64,000 bases of DNA, taken from positions 3,008,001 to 3,072,000 of the forward strand of contig CBDBZU010000004.1 in assembly GCA_965213625.1 (NCBI GenBank). Reading direction: 5' to 3'. Source of the DNA: a bacterium (GTDB taxonomy: Bacteria; UBA8248). Position 1 is the first letter of the stretch. Each line of letters starts with the position of its first letter. The translations under genes were made by a program, and so were the position numbers. Positions 9,775 through 19,922 of this stretch are shown in pieces. The notes under the pieces are model-generated. The model was not told the DNA's origin. It did no database searches and worked only from the letters and a program-made list of their open reading frames with translations.

Positions 9775-9850
9775 GCTCCTTTTGTATTCGGCGGAGGGTA
9801 GGCCTCACCCCGCCGGTGTTGAATACGAAGAGGTTATAGTCCTTAGATGA

Positions 9851-10609
9851 TCAATGAATGATGTAGCCGCCGTCCACCACGAGGTTGTGCCCGTGCACGA
9901 AGGAGGCATCCTCTGAGGCGAGATACATGACGGCGTCCGCAATCTCGGTCGGCTCGCCAAAACGCCCCATCGGTATGTTCTCGAGGCGCTCGGCGCGTTC
10001 TTCGGGTGTTTTGTAGGCGAATTTCTTCAAGTATTCCGTCGCCGTAGGCCCGGGGCTTACGGCGTTCACCAGAATGTTCTCCCCGGCGAGTTCGAGCGCC
10101 ATCGAGCGCGTGAGCTGTATCAGCGCCGCCTTCGTCGTGCTGTAGAGCGCGGTATTAAGCGCCGCCACAGAGCCCAGTTGACTCGCGATGTGGACGATCC
10201 GTCCGCCGCCCGCTTCTCGCATAAGCGGTAGCACGGCCTGGCTCGCGAAAAATGGAGCGCGCAGGTTCACCGCGACGACACGGCCAAAATCCTCATACGA
10301 GAACGTGCCGAACGGTTGGCTCGCCCTGATCCCTGCGTTGTTCACGAGAACGTCCACGCCGCCAAGAACGTCCGCAGCGGCATCCACCATGCGCTCGGCG
10401 GCGCCCTCCGCGCTCAGATCGAAGACCCCGTAAGAAGCTGCCCCTCCGGCCGCCTCGCACTTGCGCACGACGTTTTCCAGCTCGGCTTGCGTTCCATCGG
10501 CGGCCAGATACAGGCGCGCGCCTTCAGCTGCAAAGCGAAGCGCCACGCATTCGCCGATTCCGCGCGATGCGCCCGTTATGAGCGCCCTTTTTCCATCCAA
10601 ACGGCTCAA
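9851..10609 (-). CDS. Short-chain dehydrogenase/reductase
   Basis: TGASRGIG, NNAG, YSTTK, NAVSPG, VDGG. Confidence 0.93.
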   Translation of the reverse strand: MSRLDGKRALITGASRGIGECVALRFAAEGARLYLAADGTQAELENVVRKCEAAGGAASYGVFDLSAEGAAERMVDAAADVLGGVDVLVNNAGIRASQPFGTFSYEDFGRVVAVNLRAPFFASQAVLPLMREAGGGRIVHIASQLGSVAALNTALYSTTKAALIQLTRSMALELAGENILVNAVSPGPTATEYLKKFAYKTPEERAERLENIPMGRFGEPTEIADAVMYLASEDASFVHGHNLVVDGGYIIH

Positions 10610-10704
10610 CCTGTATTTCTCCTACGGATAAGTTGCGCTAGTATTGACTCCAGCGCGACGATGCGCGCTCTGGGTGGCCTAAGACAGACAAGGAGAATCG
10701 CACG

Positions 10705-11307
10705 ATGCCCCGACCGGAAGCTTCATTTGAAGAACTGCAACATGTAGCCATCAAGGTATCGAACATCGAAGAATCCTTGAAGTTCTACACCGAGATTCTC
10801 GGCTTCTCACTTTCGGAGCGGCACGATCCCGTCGAACACCCGACCCTCAATGCGGGTCTTTGCTTCCTGCGCTGCAGCGCGTTTCATCACGATTTGAACC
10901 TAGTATACCACACCGGCGAGCAGCCCGCGCTGGAGGAGTTCAAAGTGGACGATCAAGGCCCCGTGAAGGATCTGGGGTTGCATCATTTCGCATTTCGGGT
11001 AAAAGACCGCTCCGAGTTCTTCGCCTGGAAAGACTGGCTCGAGGAATGCGGCGTCAAAATCGTGCGTGGTCCCGTGGTCCACAGCCCCACCCATCCCGAG
11101 GGTGACGGCACGTGGGGAGAGAACCGGGCCATGTACTTCTGTGACCCCGACGGCCACCGGATAGAAATCTTTTGCGACCTGGCCCGGATGGACGAGGCCA
11201 ACGGCATTGAAAAGGAATGGTATGAAGACAGGCTTCACCGGGAGGGAATCGACCCTGCCCCGCATCCGCCCGTCGGCCCTCATCCGACAGGGGCCATCAC
11301 ACGCTGA
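10705..11307 (+). CDS. VOC (glyoxalase/extradiol dioxygenase) family protein
   Basis: LQHVAI, HHDL, GLHHFAF, YFCDPDGHRIE metal triad. Confidence 0.88.
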   Translation: MPRPEASFEELQHVAIKVSNIEESLKFYTEILGFSLSERHDPVEHPTLNAGLCFLRCSAFHHDLNLVYHTGEQPALEEFKVDDQGPVKDLGLHHFAFRVKDRSEFFAWKDWLEECGVKIVRGPVVHSPTHPEGDGTWGENRAMYFCDPDGHRIEIFCDLARMDEANGIEKEWYEDRLHREGIDPAPHPPVGPHPTGAITR

Positions 11308-11346
11308 ACCATCGCCCCGGGAACGCTTCACCATGAGCAAGACGTC

Positions 11347-13110
11347 GTGAGCTGGAAAAACTTCCGCATACGCCTTCTCGGCTGGCTGCTCCACTTCGAT
11401 TTCTCAGACGACGGCATCTTCTACTTCACGACCATCATCGTGGGAGCGTTGGCCGGCTTCGTCGCCGTGTGCTTTCACGTCGCGCTGGGCTGGGCGCATT
11501 ACGTTCTCTTCGGCTCCCACGATCTGTCCCTCATCGAACGCGCCTGGTATTGGGTGGCGCTCATCCCTGCAGGGGGTGCATTTCTCTCGGCGCTACTTCT
11601 CCAGTATTTCGCTCCCGAAGCCCGTGGCAGCGGCATACCCCAGACGAAAATCGCATACGTCGCCCACAACGGCCACATCGACAAGCGCGTGTGGATAAGC
11701 AAGTTCCTCATCGGGGTCCTCAACATCGGCTCGGGTTCTAGCCTGGGCCGCGAAGGCCCCACCGTGCAGATATGCTCGGGCGCCGCTAGCTGGATAGGCG
11801 AGACTTTTTCGCTGAAAAGACGCCGCGTGCAGGCGCTCGTCCCCGTGGGCTGCGCCGCCGCCCTGGCCGCCGCGTTCAACACGCCGATCGCCGCCGTCAC
11901 CTTCACGCTCGAAGAACTCGTGGGCGATCTGAACGCACGCGTGCTCGGCTCCATCGTGTTCGCGGCGGTTTCCGCCTCGGTCGTCTCGCGCGCCATGCTC
12001 GGCAACGAACCCGTGTTCTCAGTACCCGCCTATGCTCTGGACAGTTCTCTCGAACTGTTCCTCTACGCCTTCGTAGGCGTCGTCTGCGCGCTCGTCGCCG
12101 TGGCGTTCATCAAGGGGCTGCTCTTCATACGCTCGCAGTGGAAGCGTCTGCGAGGGTTCCGTGGCGTTCTCGCCACGGGCCTCGGCGGCCTGTTCGTGGG
12201 CGTCATCGGCATCTGGTTCCCCGAGGTGTTTGCCGTGGGCTATCCCGCCGTGAGCAAGGCGCTCACGCACAGCTACACACTGCCTTTTCTTTTGTGCCTG
12301 CTCGTATTAAAGCTCATCGCCACCGCTGTTTCCTATGGTACCGGCTCACTGGGCGGCATCTTCGCGCCGACACTGTTCATGGGCGCGATGGCGGGGGGCG
12401 CCGTGGCCTCTCTCGCCGAACTCGTCTTTCCCGGCTTCGTGGCCCACCCGGGCGGATACGCCCTGGTCGGCATGGGCGCGGCATTCGCGGCTGTTATTCG
12501 CGCGCCCTTGACGTCGGTGCTCATCATCTTCGAGCTCACGCAGGATTACCACATCATCCTCGCGCTCATGGTGGCCAACGCCATATCATTGGCCCTGGCG
12601 CGATACTGGCACCCCGAGCCCATTTACAGCGCGCTATCCTCACAGGACGGGGTTGCGTTGCCAGACTATGAGACCGAGCATCTCCTGCACGAGATTCATG
12701 TATCGGACGCCATGATCGGCAACGTCGTCACCCTGCCCGAGGACATCACGATCCAGGATGCCATCGAGAGAACAAGGGGAAGCGCCATCACCGGATATCC
12801 CGTCCTGGGCCCGAGCGGGAAACTCTCCGGCATGGCGAGCAACTACGATTTCAGCCAGGCGCAGGCAGCGGGCATCCTGCAAAAGCCTCTGAGCGAGATT
12901 GCGAAGAAAAAATACATCATGCACGCGCACCCGGACCAATCGCTCGATTCGGTGATGGCCAAACTCGGCGACAGGCGCATCTCGCGCCTGCCCGTTGTGA
13001 GCCGCGAGGACCCGACAGAGCTTCTGGGTATCATCACCGCCGAGGACGTGATTCACGCTTTCGGCAAGGTCTGGCGCGAACAGGAACACCACAGGCACGA
13101 TTCCGACTAG
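11347..13110 (+). CDS. ClC-type Cl-/H+ antiporter with CBS domains
   Basis: GSGIP, GREGP gating Glu, FTLEEL proton Glu, GGIFAP; C-terminal CBS pair. Confidence 0.93.
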   Translation: MSWKNFRIRLLGWLLHFDFSDDGIFYFTTIIVGALAGFVAVCFHVALGWAHYVLFGSHDLSLIERAWYWVALIPAGGAFLSALLLQYFAPEARGSGIPQTKIAYVAHNGHIDKRVWISKFLIGVLNIGSGSSLGREGPTVQICSGAASWIGETFSLKRRRVQALVPVGCAAALAAAFNTPIAAVTFTLEELVGDLNARVLGSIVFAAVSASVVSRAMLGNEPVFSVPAYALDSSLELFLYAFVGVVCALVAVAFIKGLLFIRSQWKRLRGFRGVLATGLGGLFVGVIGIWFPEVFAVGYPAVSKALTHSYTLPFLLCLLVLKLIATAVSYGTGSLGGIFAPTLFMGAMAGGAVASLAELVFPGFVAHPGGYALVGMGAAFAAVIRAPLTSVLIIFELTQDYHIILALMVANAISLALARYWHPEPIYSALSSQDGVALPDYETEHLLHEIHVSDAMIGNVVTLPEDITIQDAIERTRGSAITGYPVLGPSGKLSGMASNYDFSQAQAAGILQKPLSEIAKKKYIMHAHPDQSLDSVMAKLGDRRISRLPVVSREDPTELLGIITAEDVIHAFGKVWREQEHHRHDSD

Positions 13111-13246
13111 AGCCGGCATCCCGAATACTTTGCAGAGAGCGCGAAGATTTTCATATGATGAATAAAATCGAGCGAGTTCTTCATCATTACGAAGTTCGCT
13201 ATTCATTGAAGGCAGAATCCGGCATCAGAATAACGGAACCACGAAT

Positions 13247-13903
13247 ATGAACGCGCAACTTCCAACCACTCTGCCACCGAGCGGCCAGCCGACCTGGCTG
13301 AAAAAAATTTTCCAGGCGGGTCTCAGGCTCGCCTACGGCGGAGTCGATGTCCTAGGCATGCACAACGTCCCGCCCGACGGCCCGTTAATCGTCGCCTCGA
13401 ACCACCGAAGCTACCTCGACCCCATGATCCTAGCCTCTTTCCTCCCGAGACGGGTGTACCACATGGCCAAGCGGGAATTGTTCCGCAACCCCCTGTTCGC
13501 GAAGCTCATCACTAACTACGGCGCCTTTCCCGTGGATAGGGAGGGAACCGCGCGCGCCAGCACTTTCCGGATGGCGCTCAGGCTCCTGAGCTTAAACGGC
13601 GCGGTGGTGATTTTTCCCGAGGGCGGTATCGTGAATTCGACGGCCGAGGTGGAAGTGAAAGAAGGCGTCGCCACCCTCGCCGCCATGAGCCGCGCACCCG
13701 TTCTTCCGGTCTTTATCTCAGGGTCGAATACGCTCATCAGCCCGAGGGGAATCTTGAACCCCTGGCTCGTCATTCGCGTGGGAGAGGTCATCCCTCCGGC
13801 GCAAGGAAGGGGCCGGGAATACCGCAGGGAATTCGCTCAAAACATCGTGGATGCGATCCTGAAACTCGAGTCGGATTATCTGGCGGCAAAAAGAGAAAGC
13901 TAG
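13247..13903 (+). CDS. plsC: 1-acyl-sn-glycerol-3-phosphate acyltransferase
   Basis: NHRSYLD (HX4D), AKRELF, FPVDR, IFPEG. Confidence 0.88.
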   Translation: MNAQLPTTLPPSGQPTWLKKIFQAGLRLAYGGVDVLGMHNVPPDGPLIVASNHRSYLDPMILASFLPRRVYHMAKRELFRNPLFAKLITNYGAFPVDREGTARASTFRMALRLLSLNGAVVIFPEGGIVNSTAEVEVKEGVATLAAMSRAPVLPVFISGSNTLISPRGILNPWLVIRVGEVIPPAQGRGREYRREFAQNIVDAILKLESDYLAAKRES

Positions 13904-13990
13904 AAACAGAGTCCTGGGGTGGATAACGCCTGGAGAGTATTCCGCCGTCATTTCGCAAAACAGGCGCATTTAGCCGAGCACGGACAAAAT

Positions 13991-14029
13991 AAAGCCCCGC
14001 CACCTGTGCAGGGTGACGGGGCTTCTTTT
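13991..14029. terminator. Probably bidirectional intrinsic terminator between plsC and the porin
   Basis: AAAGCCCCG-CCACC...GGTG-A-CGGGGCTT followed by CTTTT; A-rich 5' flank. Confidence 0.75.
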
Positions 14030-14076
14030 AAACGCACTTCATTTATACGGGGACTCTACAATCCTCGGACGAGCCC

Positions 14077-15390
14077 CTAGAAACTATACACAAACCCCAG
14101 TTGCAGGCGCGTCGCGTCGCCTTCCTCGCCGCCGTTCGTCTCGCGCCAGCCTTTGATGAGTTCCGCGCCTACCCTCACTTTGGGTGCGGGAGACCACCAG
14201 ACGGTGGCGTGCACTGTTTGGAGTGATTGGCTGAGGTTCGGGTACATCGCCATGTCAGCATCTTCAAAATCGTTCTCCACCCAGCCGTAATACAGGCCCG
14301 AACTCACGGAGCCGCTCCAGTTATGCGTGAGGCCCACGAAACCACCCATCGAGTCGAGAGCTTCCAGTTCGTTGTTTGCACTCAAGATAGCAGCGGCGGG
14401 CGCTCCCAGCATGGATTTATCCAATCCACCTTGGCCGACGTTGAACGTACCCCATAGGCGGGTGTTTGCTCCCAAGCCGAAGTTTGCACCGAGGTGGAGG
14501 GCGGAGATGGTCAGGCTCTCTTCAACTGCGCCATCTTCATAGAGTACCTGCCCCAGAAGACCCGACACGTTAATGGCGCCCCAACTCGTTTTCATTCGCA
14601 GAGCCGCCACAAAGTTCGGAATCCGCTCTTGAGAGGAGGTGCTTCCGCCGGCCATCAGGATAGTCGGGGCGTCTGGATCCTCCAGCGCGATCTGGGCGGT
14701 GAGGTTCTTTCCCATCGCCTGGCTGTAGCGCAACTGGGGCCGACGCGTGGCGACCACGCCCACAGGGCCTTCGAAATCAATCGTGTCGGCGTAGGTATTT
14801 TCATCCATCAATGTCGTCCAGGTCTGACCAGCCAGCACCCCGCCAAAAGTGGCGTAGGCGTGGCGAAGGCGCAGGGCGTTGCCTCCGCCGTAGAAATCCG
14901 TCTCGATTCTCGTCTTGAGGTTGCCTCTACTCGTCGGCGTCAGGCTGTCGAAACGCAGGCGCGTCTGCCTCGCGTGCAGAGAGGCTTTGCGCTGGCCGCT
15001 GTCATCGCCATCCAGGAGAATGCCGCTCGCGCCGCCTCCCCAGTCATAGCCGAAAAAGGAATCGCCCAGATCCTGGTCGAGGTCGTAGATGGCGTCGAGC
15101 TTGACGTAGCCGCTGAAGGAAACCGACGTGTTGCTCCCCGGCATCTTCCACGAACCCGGGAAATCGCCCGTAGCCACGGCCTTTTTCTGGGCGGCTGCCG
15201 CAGCGGCCTTCATGTCTGCCTTCATCATCTTCTCTCGGGCTTCGAGGCCTTCGAGTCGTTTCATGAGCGCCTTTATCTGCGCCTTCAGATCGTCTATTTC
15301 ACCTCCGGCAGCCGGTGCGACGAATAACGCCAAGGCTGTCACGCATCCAAGAAGCGCCAGGCCGAAACGATTCGTCCGTTTTCTCTTCAT
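14077..15390 (-). CDS. DcaP-family outer membrane porin
   Basis: Signal peptide, N-terminal coiled coil, GYVKLD, HARQTRL, RLRHAY, LAGQTWT, C-terminal YSF; start ATG 15390 (MKRKRT). Confidence 0.88.
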   Translation of the reverse strand: MKRKRTNRFGLALLGCVTALALFVAPAAGGEIDDLKAQIKALMKRLEGLEAREKMMKADMKAAAAAAQKKAVATGDFPGSWKMPGSNTSVSFSGYVKLDAIYDLDQDLGDSFFGYDWGGGASGILLDGDDSGQRKASLHARQTRLRFDSLTPTSRGNLKTRIETDFYGGGNALRLRHAYATFGGVLAGQTWTTLMDENTYADTIDFEGPVGVVATRRPQLRYSQAMGKNLTAQIALEDPDAPTILMAGGSTSSQERIPNFVAALRMKTSWGAINVSGLLGQVLYEDGAVEESLTISALHLGANFGLGANTRLWGTFNVGQGGLDKSMLGAPAAAILSANNELEALDSMGGFVGLTHNWSGSVSSGLYYGWVENDFEDADMAMYPNLSQSLQTVHATVWWSPAPKVRVGAELIKGWRETNGGEEGDATRLQLGFVYSF

Positions 15391-15641
15391 ATCTCTGTCC
15401 CCCCGTGAGAAGTTCGGCAAAAAGTACACTTCACATGAAGAGGTGGTTGCATGAACAACGACCTCTTCCAGATTTATGTCTCCCCTGCAGAGCGAACAAT
15501 CGGTCGGATGTCTCGCTCATCCTCGCTAAAGCATATGAATTCCCACTTCCTGCTCTTCAGAATATCGTATGTACACCTACTACGTTTCCATGGTGTTACA
15601 TGGACTCCGAAAATACAAGAAAAAAGAACGAAGCCGGAAAG

Positions 15642-16508
15642 TCAGGACGCGCCTAACGCCTTCAGAATAGTTCTGCGGATCAGGACGGGCGCAACCTGAC
15701 GTCTGTAGTCGGCGCTCGCGCGGATGTCGGTCAAGGGATCGAGGTCATCGAGCGCGCCTGCGAGTACGGCGTCGATATTCTCCTGGTTGAGCTCCTTGCC
15801 CTGGAGGCCTTCTTCCACCGCCGTGAGGCGCCTGAACACGGCTTCCACGCCGCCCAGGCCGATTCTCACCTCTTTGGCCGTGTTGCCGTCTTCTTCGGTG
15901 AGAACAGCCGTGGAAATGGAGACGCACGGCTTATCCTCTTTGGAACGCGTTGTGAAGCGCGTGCACGCCGTCCGGAAACCATCGAGCAGCGGGTCGACCT
16001 CAATCGAGCACAGCAACTCATCCTCATCCAGTGCGCACTCGTAATATCCCGTCCAGAACTCCGTCGCCGGAATCACGCGTTCCGTTCCGTTCGCCTTCCT
16101 GGTGTTCATGCGGGCCTCAAGAGCCAGGAAAGCGCCCGGCGGGTCCGAGGCCGGTTCCGCAAAACACAGGTTGCCGCCTATCGTACCCTGGTTACGGATG
16201 CGTATGGTCGCCACGTTGTGAAAAATTTCCCCGAGAAGCGGGAAGCGCTCCTGGACCAGAGGAGAAGTCTCTATTTTGCGGTGCACCGTCTTCGCCCCGA
16301 TGCGGACCCCGCCGTTTTCGGTCTCCTCGATGAAATCCAGATCGCCCGCGCCCGCAATGTCGATTAACACGTCTGGTTCGTACACACCCGATTTCATGAG
16401 AATCGAGAGGGCGACGCCGCCGGCGAACACTTTCCCGTCCTCGCCATGCTCCTTCATGGCGGCGAGCGTTTCCTCCGCGCTGTTCGCGGGTAAATGCCGA
16501 AAAGCCAT
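15642..16508 (-). CDS. Xanthine dehydrogenase family FAD-binding subunit (CoxM/HcrB-like)
   Basis: FAGG, IRNQGTIGGNLC, DIRASADYR. Confidence 0.92.
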   Translation of the reverse strand: MAFRHLPANSAEETLAAMKEHGEDGKVFAGGVALSILMKSGVYEPDVLIDIAGAGDLDFIEETENGGVRIGAKTVHRKIETSPLVQERFPLLGEIFHNVATIRIRNQGTIGGNLCFAEPASDPPGAFLALEARMNTRKANGTERVIPATEFWTGYYECALDEDELLCSIEVDPLLDGFRTACTRFTTRSKEDKPCVSISTAVLTEEDGNTAKEVRIGLGGVEAVFRRLTAVEEGLQGKELNQENIDAVLAGALDDLDPLTDIRASADYRRQVAPVLIRRTILKALGAS

Positions 16509-16527
16509 TTTTTCTCCCCTCTCCTCG

Positions 16528-18813
16528 TTAGTCGCCGTTTTTCTCGTTCAACGCGGCCAGCACCTTCTCCGGCGTAATCGGCAGCGACGTGATACGCACG
16601 CCCACGGCGTTATAAATTGCGTTGCCAATCGCAGCCGAGGTCCCCAACTGCGCCATCTCGCCCAATCCTTTCGCTCCATAGGGCCCCGTGGGGTTTTCCG
16701 TCTCGATGAGAACGGATTCGAGTTCGGGCAAATCCTGGGTGGTGGGCAACTTGTAATCGAGCCAGTTCGCGTTCACCGGTTGGCCGTCTTCGACCTCGAA
16801 ATCTTCCATCATGGCGTAGCCCACGCCCATGAGCGCACCGCCGTCCAATTGTCCCTGCGCGCCAGCCGGGTTCACTATGGTTCCGCAGTCGTTCGTGCTG
16901 ATCACGCGCAACACTTCGAACGCGCCGGTCTCTGTGTCGACTTCCACCTCCGCCACCTTAGCGCCGTAGGCGTAGGCGGCTGACCAGTTCCCATAACCCG
17001 TCACGGGGTCCGGCGTCTCGCTAGGCGAGTCATAAGAAGATGCCGTGTAGACGGCCTCGCTGCCCTCTTTTTCGTATAATTTCATATAGGCTTCGCTGTG
17101 AGTCACCTGCCTCTCGGGAGAACTGGTGACGAATATTTTGCCTTCGCGCGCGTCTAGGTCGTTCGGGTCGCACTCGAGCAGTTCCGCCGCTCCCTTGAAG
17201 AGCATGTTCTTCGCCTGAACAGACGCCAGGCGCGTAGCTTCGCCGTCGATGGTGGTCGTGCGGCTTCCGCGAACGCCCCACCCGTAGGGGTTCACCGCTG
17301 TATCGCCGTTGATGATCCGCACGTCCTCCACGCGTATGCCTATCGCATCGGCGCAAATCTGCGCGAGCGTGGTGTCCGAGCCGTTACCCATTTCGATCGT
17401 GCCCGAGAGCAACTGCACCGTGCCGTCCTTGTTCATCTTGATGAACGCGCCCGCCGTCTCCGGCCCCATCGCGCGCGCGCCTGTGAAGTGGACCGCCGCG
17501 GCCAACCCGAAGCCGCGCTTTTTGCCGTTGCTGCTCGGCTGCTCCTCCCGCCAGGGCACGCGTTTGACCGCCTCCTGCACGCATTCGGAAACACCGCAAC
17601 TCGTAATTTTCGCGCCGATGATTGTAGTGTCGCCCTTTCTCACGAAGTTCCTGATGCGAAACTCCGCCGGGTCCATTCCGATTTCCTCGGCGTGCTTCTC
17701 CATCGCAAGTTCCGAGCCGAATGAATAGCCGCCGTTGCCTATTCCGCGCATCGCGCCGCCGGGCGGTACGTTCGTACAGACGACGTCGGCGTGGTGGCGA
17801 TAGGCCTTGTAGTTGTAGATGCTCCCGCCCATGTGCGCCGTGATGCCGCCGACCGCCGGGCTGTAATCCGAATAACCACCGTTTTCCACCACCATCTTGG
17901 TGTCGCGCGCGAGCAGCATACCGTTTTTGTCGGTGGCAATGCGCCAGACGTGGAACTGCTTCGTCCGGTGCGTGCCGAGGAGAAACTCCTCTTCTCGCGT
18001 GTAGTAGAATTTTACGGGGAGGTCCAGTTTTTTCGCCGCGATGATGGAGAGGAAATCGATGTTGAACTTGCTCGTCGCCTTTCCGCCGAAACCCCCGCCC
18101 ACGTAATTCGTGACAACACGAATCTGGGCTTCGGGAATCTTGAGCAGTTTGGCGAAATACTGGCTCGAAAGACTCGGGCATTGCGAGGAGTTGTAGACGG
18201 TTACGTCGCCCTTCTGCGACCACTCGGCGATAGAGACGTGCGCCTCCAGGGAGCCGTGCATCTGGCGCGAGGACGAGGTGGCCAGTTCACTCACGTGATG
18301 GGCTTCGTCGAACATGCGGTCCACGTCGCCGAATTCCATGTGCTTGGTGAAGGCGATGTTGTCCGGGTACCTGTCGTGGATGACGGGGGCGCCCTCTTGC
18401 ATCGCCTCGTGCGGGTCGAAGACGGCCGGAAGCTCCTCGTAGTCCACGTCTATCAAATCAAGCGCTTCTACCGCGATATCTTCAGATGTCGCGATGACGG
18501 CGGCCACCGAATCGCCCACGTGACGCACCTTGTCAGAGGCGAGGGGACGCTGATCGTAGCAAACGGGCACGACGCCCCATTCCACTTCCTCGGGGATGTC
18601 CCCGGACGTCAATATGAGCTTGACGCCGGGGAGCTTCTCGGCGCGGCTGGTGTCGATGTTCTTGATTCGCGCGTGCGGCAGGGGACTTCCCAGCAGCCTT
18701 CCGTGAAGCATTTTGGGCAACTGAAGGTCGAGGGTAAACATGGCCCGGCCCGTCACCTTTTCCGGCCCATCGACGCGAGGCACGCTTTTTCCGACGTATG
18801 AGAGTTCAGCCAT
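16528..18813 (-). CDS. Xanthine dehydrogenase family molybdopterin-binding subunit (HcrA-like)
   Basis: KVTGRA, VGGGFGGK, AMRGIG, EMGNG, GQLDGG, GAKGLGE; start ATG 18813. Confidence 0.92.
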   Translation of the reverse strand: MAELSYVGKSVPRVDGPEKVTGRAMFTLDLQLPKMLHGRLLGSPLPHARIKNIDTSRAEKLPGVKLILTSGDIPEEVEWGVVPVCYDQRPLASDKVRHVGDSVAAVIATSEDIAVEALDLIDVDYEELPAVFDPHEAMQEGAPVIHDRYPDNIAFTKHMEFGDVDRMFDEAHHVSELATSSSRQMHGSLEAHVSIAEWSQKGDVTVYNSSQCPSLSSQYFAKLLKIPEAQIRVVTNYVGGGFGGKATSKFNIDFLSIIAAKKLDLPVKFYYTREEEFLLGTHRTKQFHVWRIATDKNGMLLARDTKMVVENGGYSDYSPAVGGITAHMGGSIYNYKAYRHHADVVCTNVPPGGAMRGIGNGGYSFGSELAMEKHAEEIGMDPAEFRIRNFVRKGDTTIIGAKITSCGVSECVQEAVKRVPWREEQPSSNGKKRGFGLAAAVHFTGARAMGPETAGAFIKMNKDGTVQLLSGTIEMGNGSDTTLAQICADAIGIRVEDVRIINGDTAVNPYGWGVRGSRTTTIDGEATRLASVQAKNMLFKGAAELLECDPNDLDAREGKIFVTSSPERQVTHSEAYMKLYEKEGSEAVYTASSYDSPSETPDPVTGYGNWSAAYAYGAKVAEVEVDTETGAFEVLRVISTNDCGTIVNPAGAQGQLDGGALMGVGYAMMEDFEVEDGQPVNANWLDYKLPTTQDLPELESVLIETENPTGPYGAKGLGEMAQLGTSAAIGNAIYNAVGVRITSLPITPEKVLAALNEKNGD

Positions 18814-19159
18814 CACAACCTCCACTCGTTCGCGGCATAAAAGCGCATACCGCAGGGCGATTTATATTCTTAATCCTTAACATGAAAATTGGATAGGTAT
18901 ACTGCTTCGAGCACATCGCAATCCCTTCGGGACCCGATAGAATGCGATGGTGTTTCGCTTGCATTCGATGAAGCTATCATAACAACTCAATGAGCAAAAT
19001 AAAACCCCAAAAATCGGCGTATGAGAACCCCTTTCGGCATTTCAGGAAATGGCAGCCTTCCACTTTCTCCTCTACGTTTTGTGGTGTATCATCCGCCGTT
19101 ACGAGAAGCTCAAGACGGACATTCCGTTCATCACAAAACACCAGAACTGGAGTAGCGCA

Positions 19160-19906
19160 ATGCCCATTCGTTTTGATTTTCAGGGCCGCAAGGTCATCCT
19201 CACGGGCGCGGCGGGCGCGATGGGAAGCCGTATTCTGCAAGGATACATCGAGGCCGGCGCCAGGGTTTTCGCCACCGACAGGGAAGGCGAGGCCTTTGAC
19301 GCGATCGATGGCCCATCCGATCAACTCTTCAAGCTGCCCTGCGATCTGGCCGACGTGGACGCAATCCGCACCACCATGCGCTCTGCGCTCGAATGGCTGG
19401 GCGGCTGCGACGTGCTGGCGAACGTGGCCGGCTACATGCCGATTCGCCCGCCTCTCGAACTCGAAGAAGAAGACTGGAACGTCGTACTGAACGTGAACCT
19501 GCTGGCTCCCTACTTCTGCATCCAGGAAACCATCGAGGCGCTCAAGGCCTCGGGCACGGGGCGCATCATCAGCTTCGCGTCCATCGCGGGTAAAATGGGG
19601 GGTATCGGCCCCAACCTCACCTATTCCGCCGCCAAGGCGGGCCTGCTCGCCATGACGTTCAACCTGGCGCGTGAACTCGCCAAGACGGGCGTGACGATCA
19701 ACACCATACAGCCGGGACCCGCCGATACGGGCCTTCACTTCCAGTCCCCGCCAGATATGCTCGTGAACGCCGCAAACGCCCATCCCATGGGCAGGCTCAC
19801 GACTCCTGAGGACGTGTGGCACACCGTCTTGTTCCTCTCGAGCGAGGAGGCTGCCCACATCAACGGCGAGGCGGTGGACGTGAACGGCGGCTTCTGGACG
19901 GATTAG
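19160..19906 (+). CDS. Short-chain dehydrogenase/reductase
   Basis: ATG at 19160 after GGAG; TGAAGAMG, NVAG, YSAAK, DVNGG. Confidence 0.92.
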   Translation: MPIRFDFQGRKVILTGAAGAMGSRILQGYIEAGARVFATDREGEAFDAIDGPSDQLFKLPCDLADVDAIRTTMRSALEWLGGCDVLANVAGYMPIRPPLELEEEDWNVVLNVNLLAPYFCIQETIEALKASGTGRIISFASIAGKMGGIGPNLTYSAAKAGLLAMTFNLARELAKTGVTINTIQPGPADTGLHFQSPPDMLVNAANAHPMGRLTTPEDVWHTVLFLSSEEAAHINGEAVDVNGGFWTD

Positions 19907-19922
19907 CCCGAAGGAGAACACC

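Noticed and set aside
16528-18813. Aerobic CO dehydrogenase CoxL
   Set aside because: Has AMRGIG rather than AYXCSFR or AYXGAGR.
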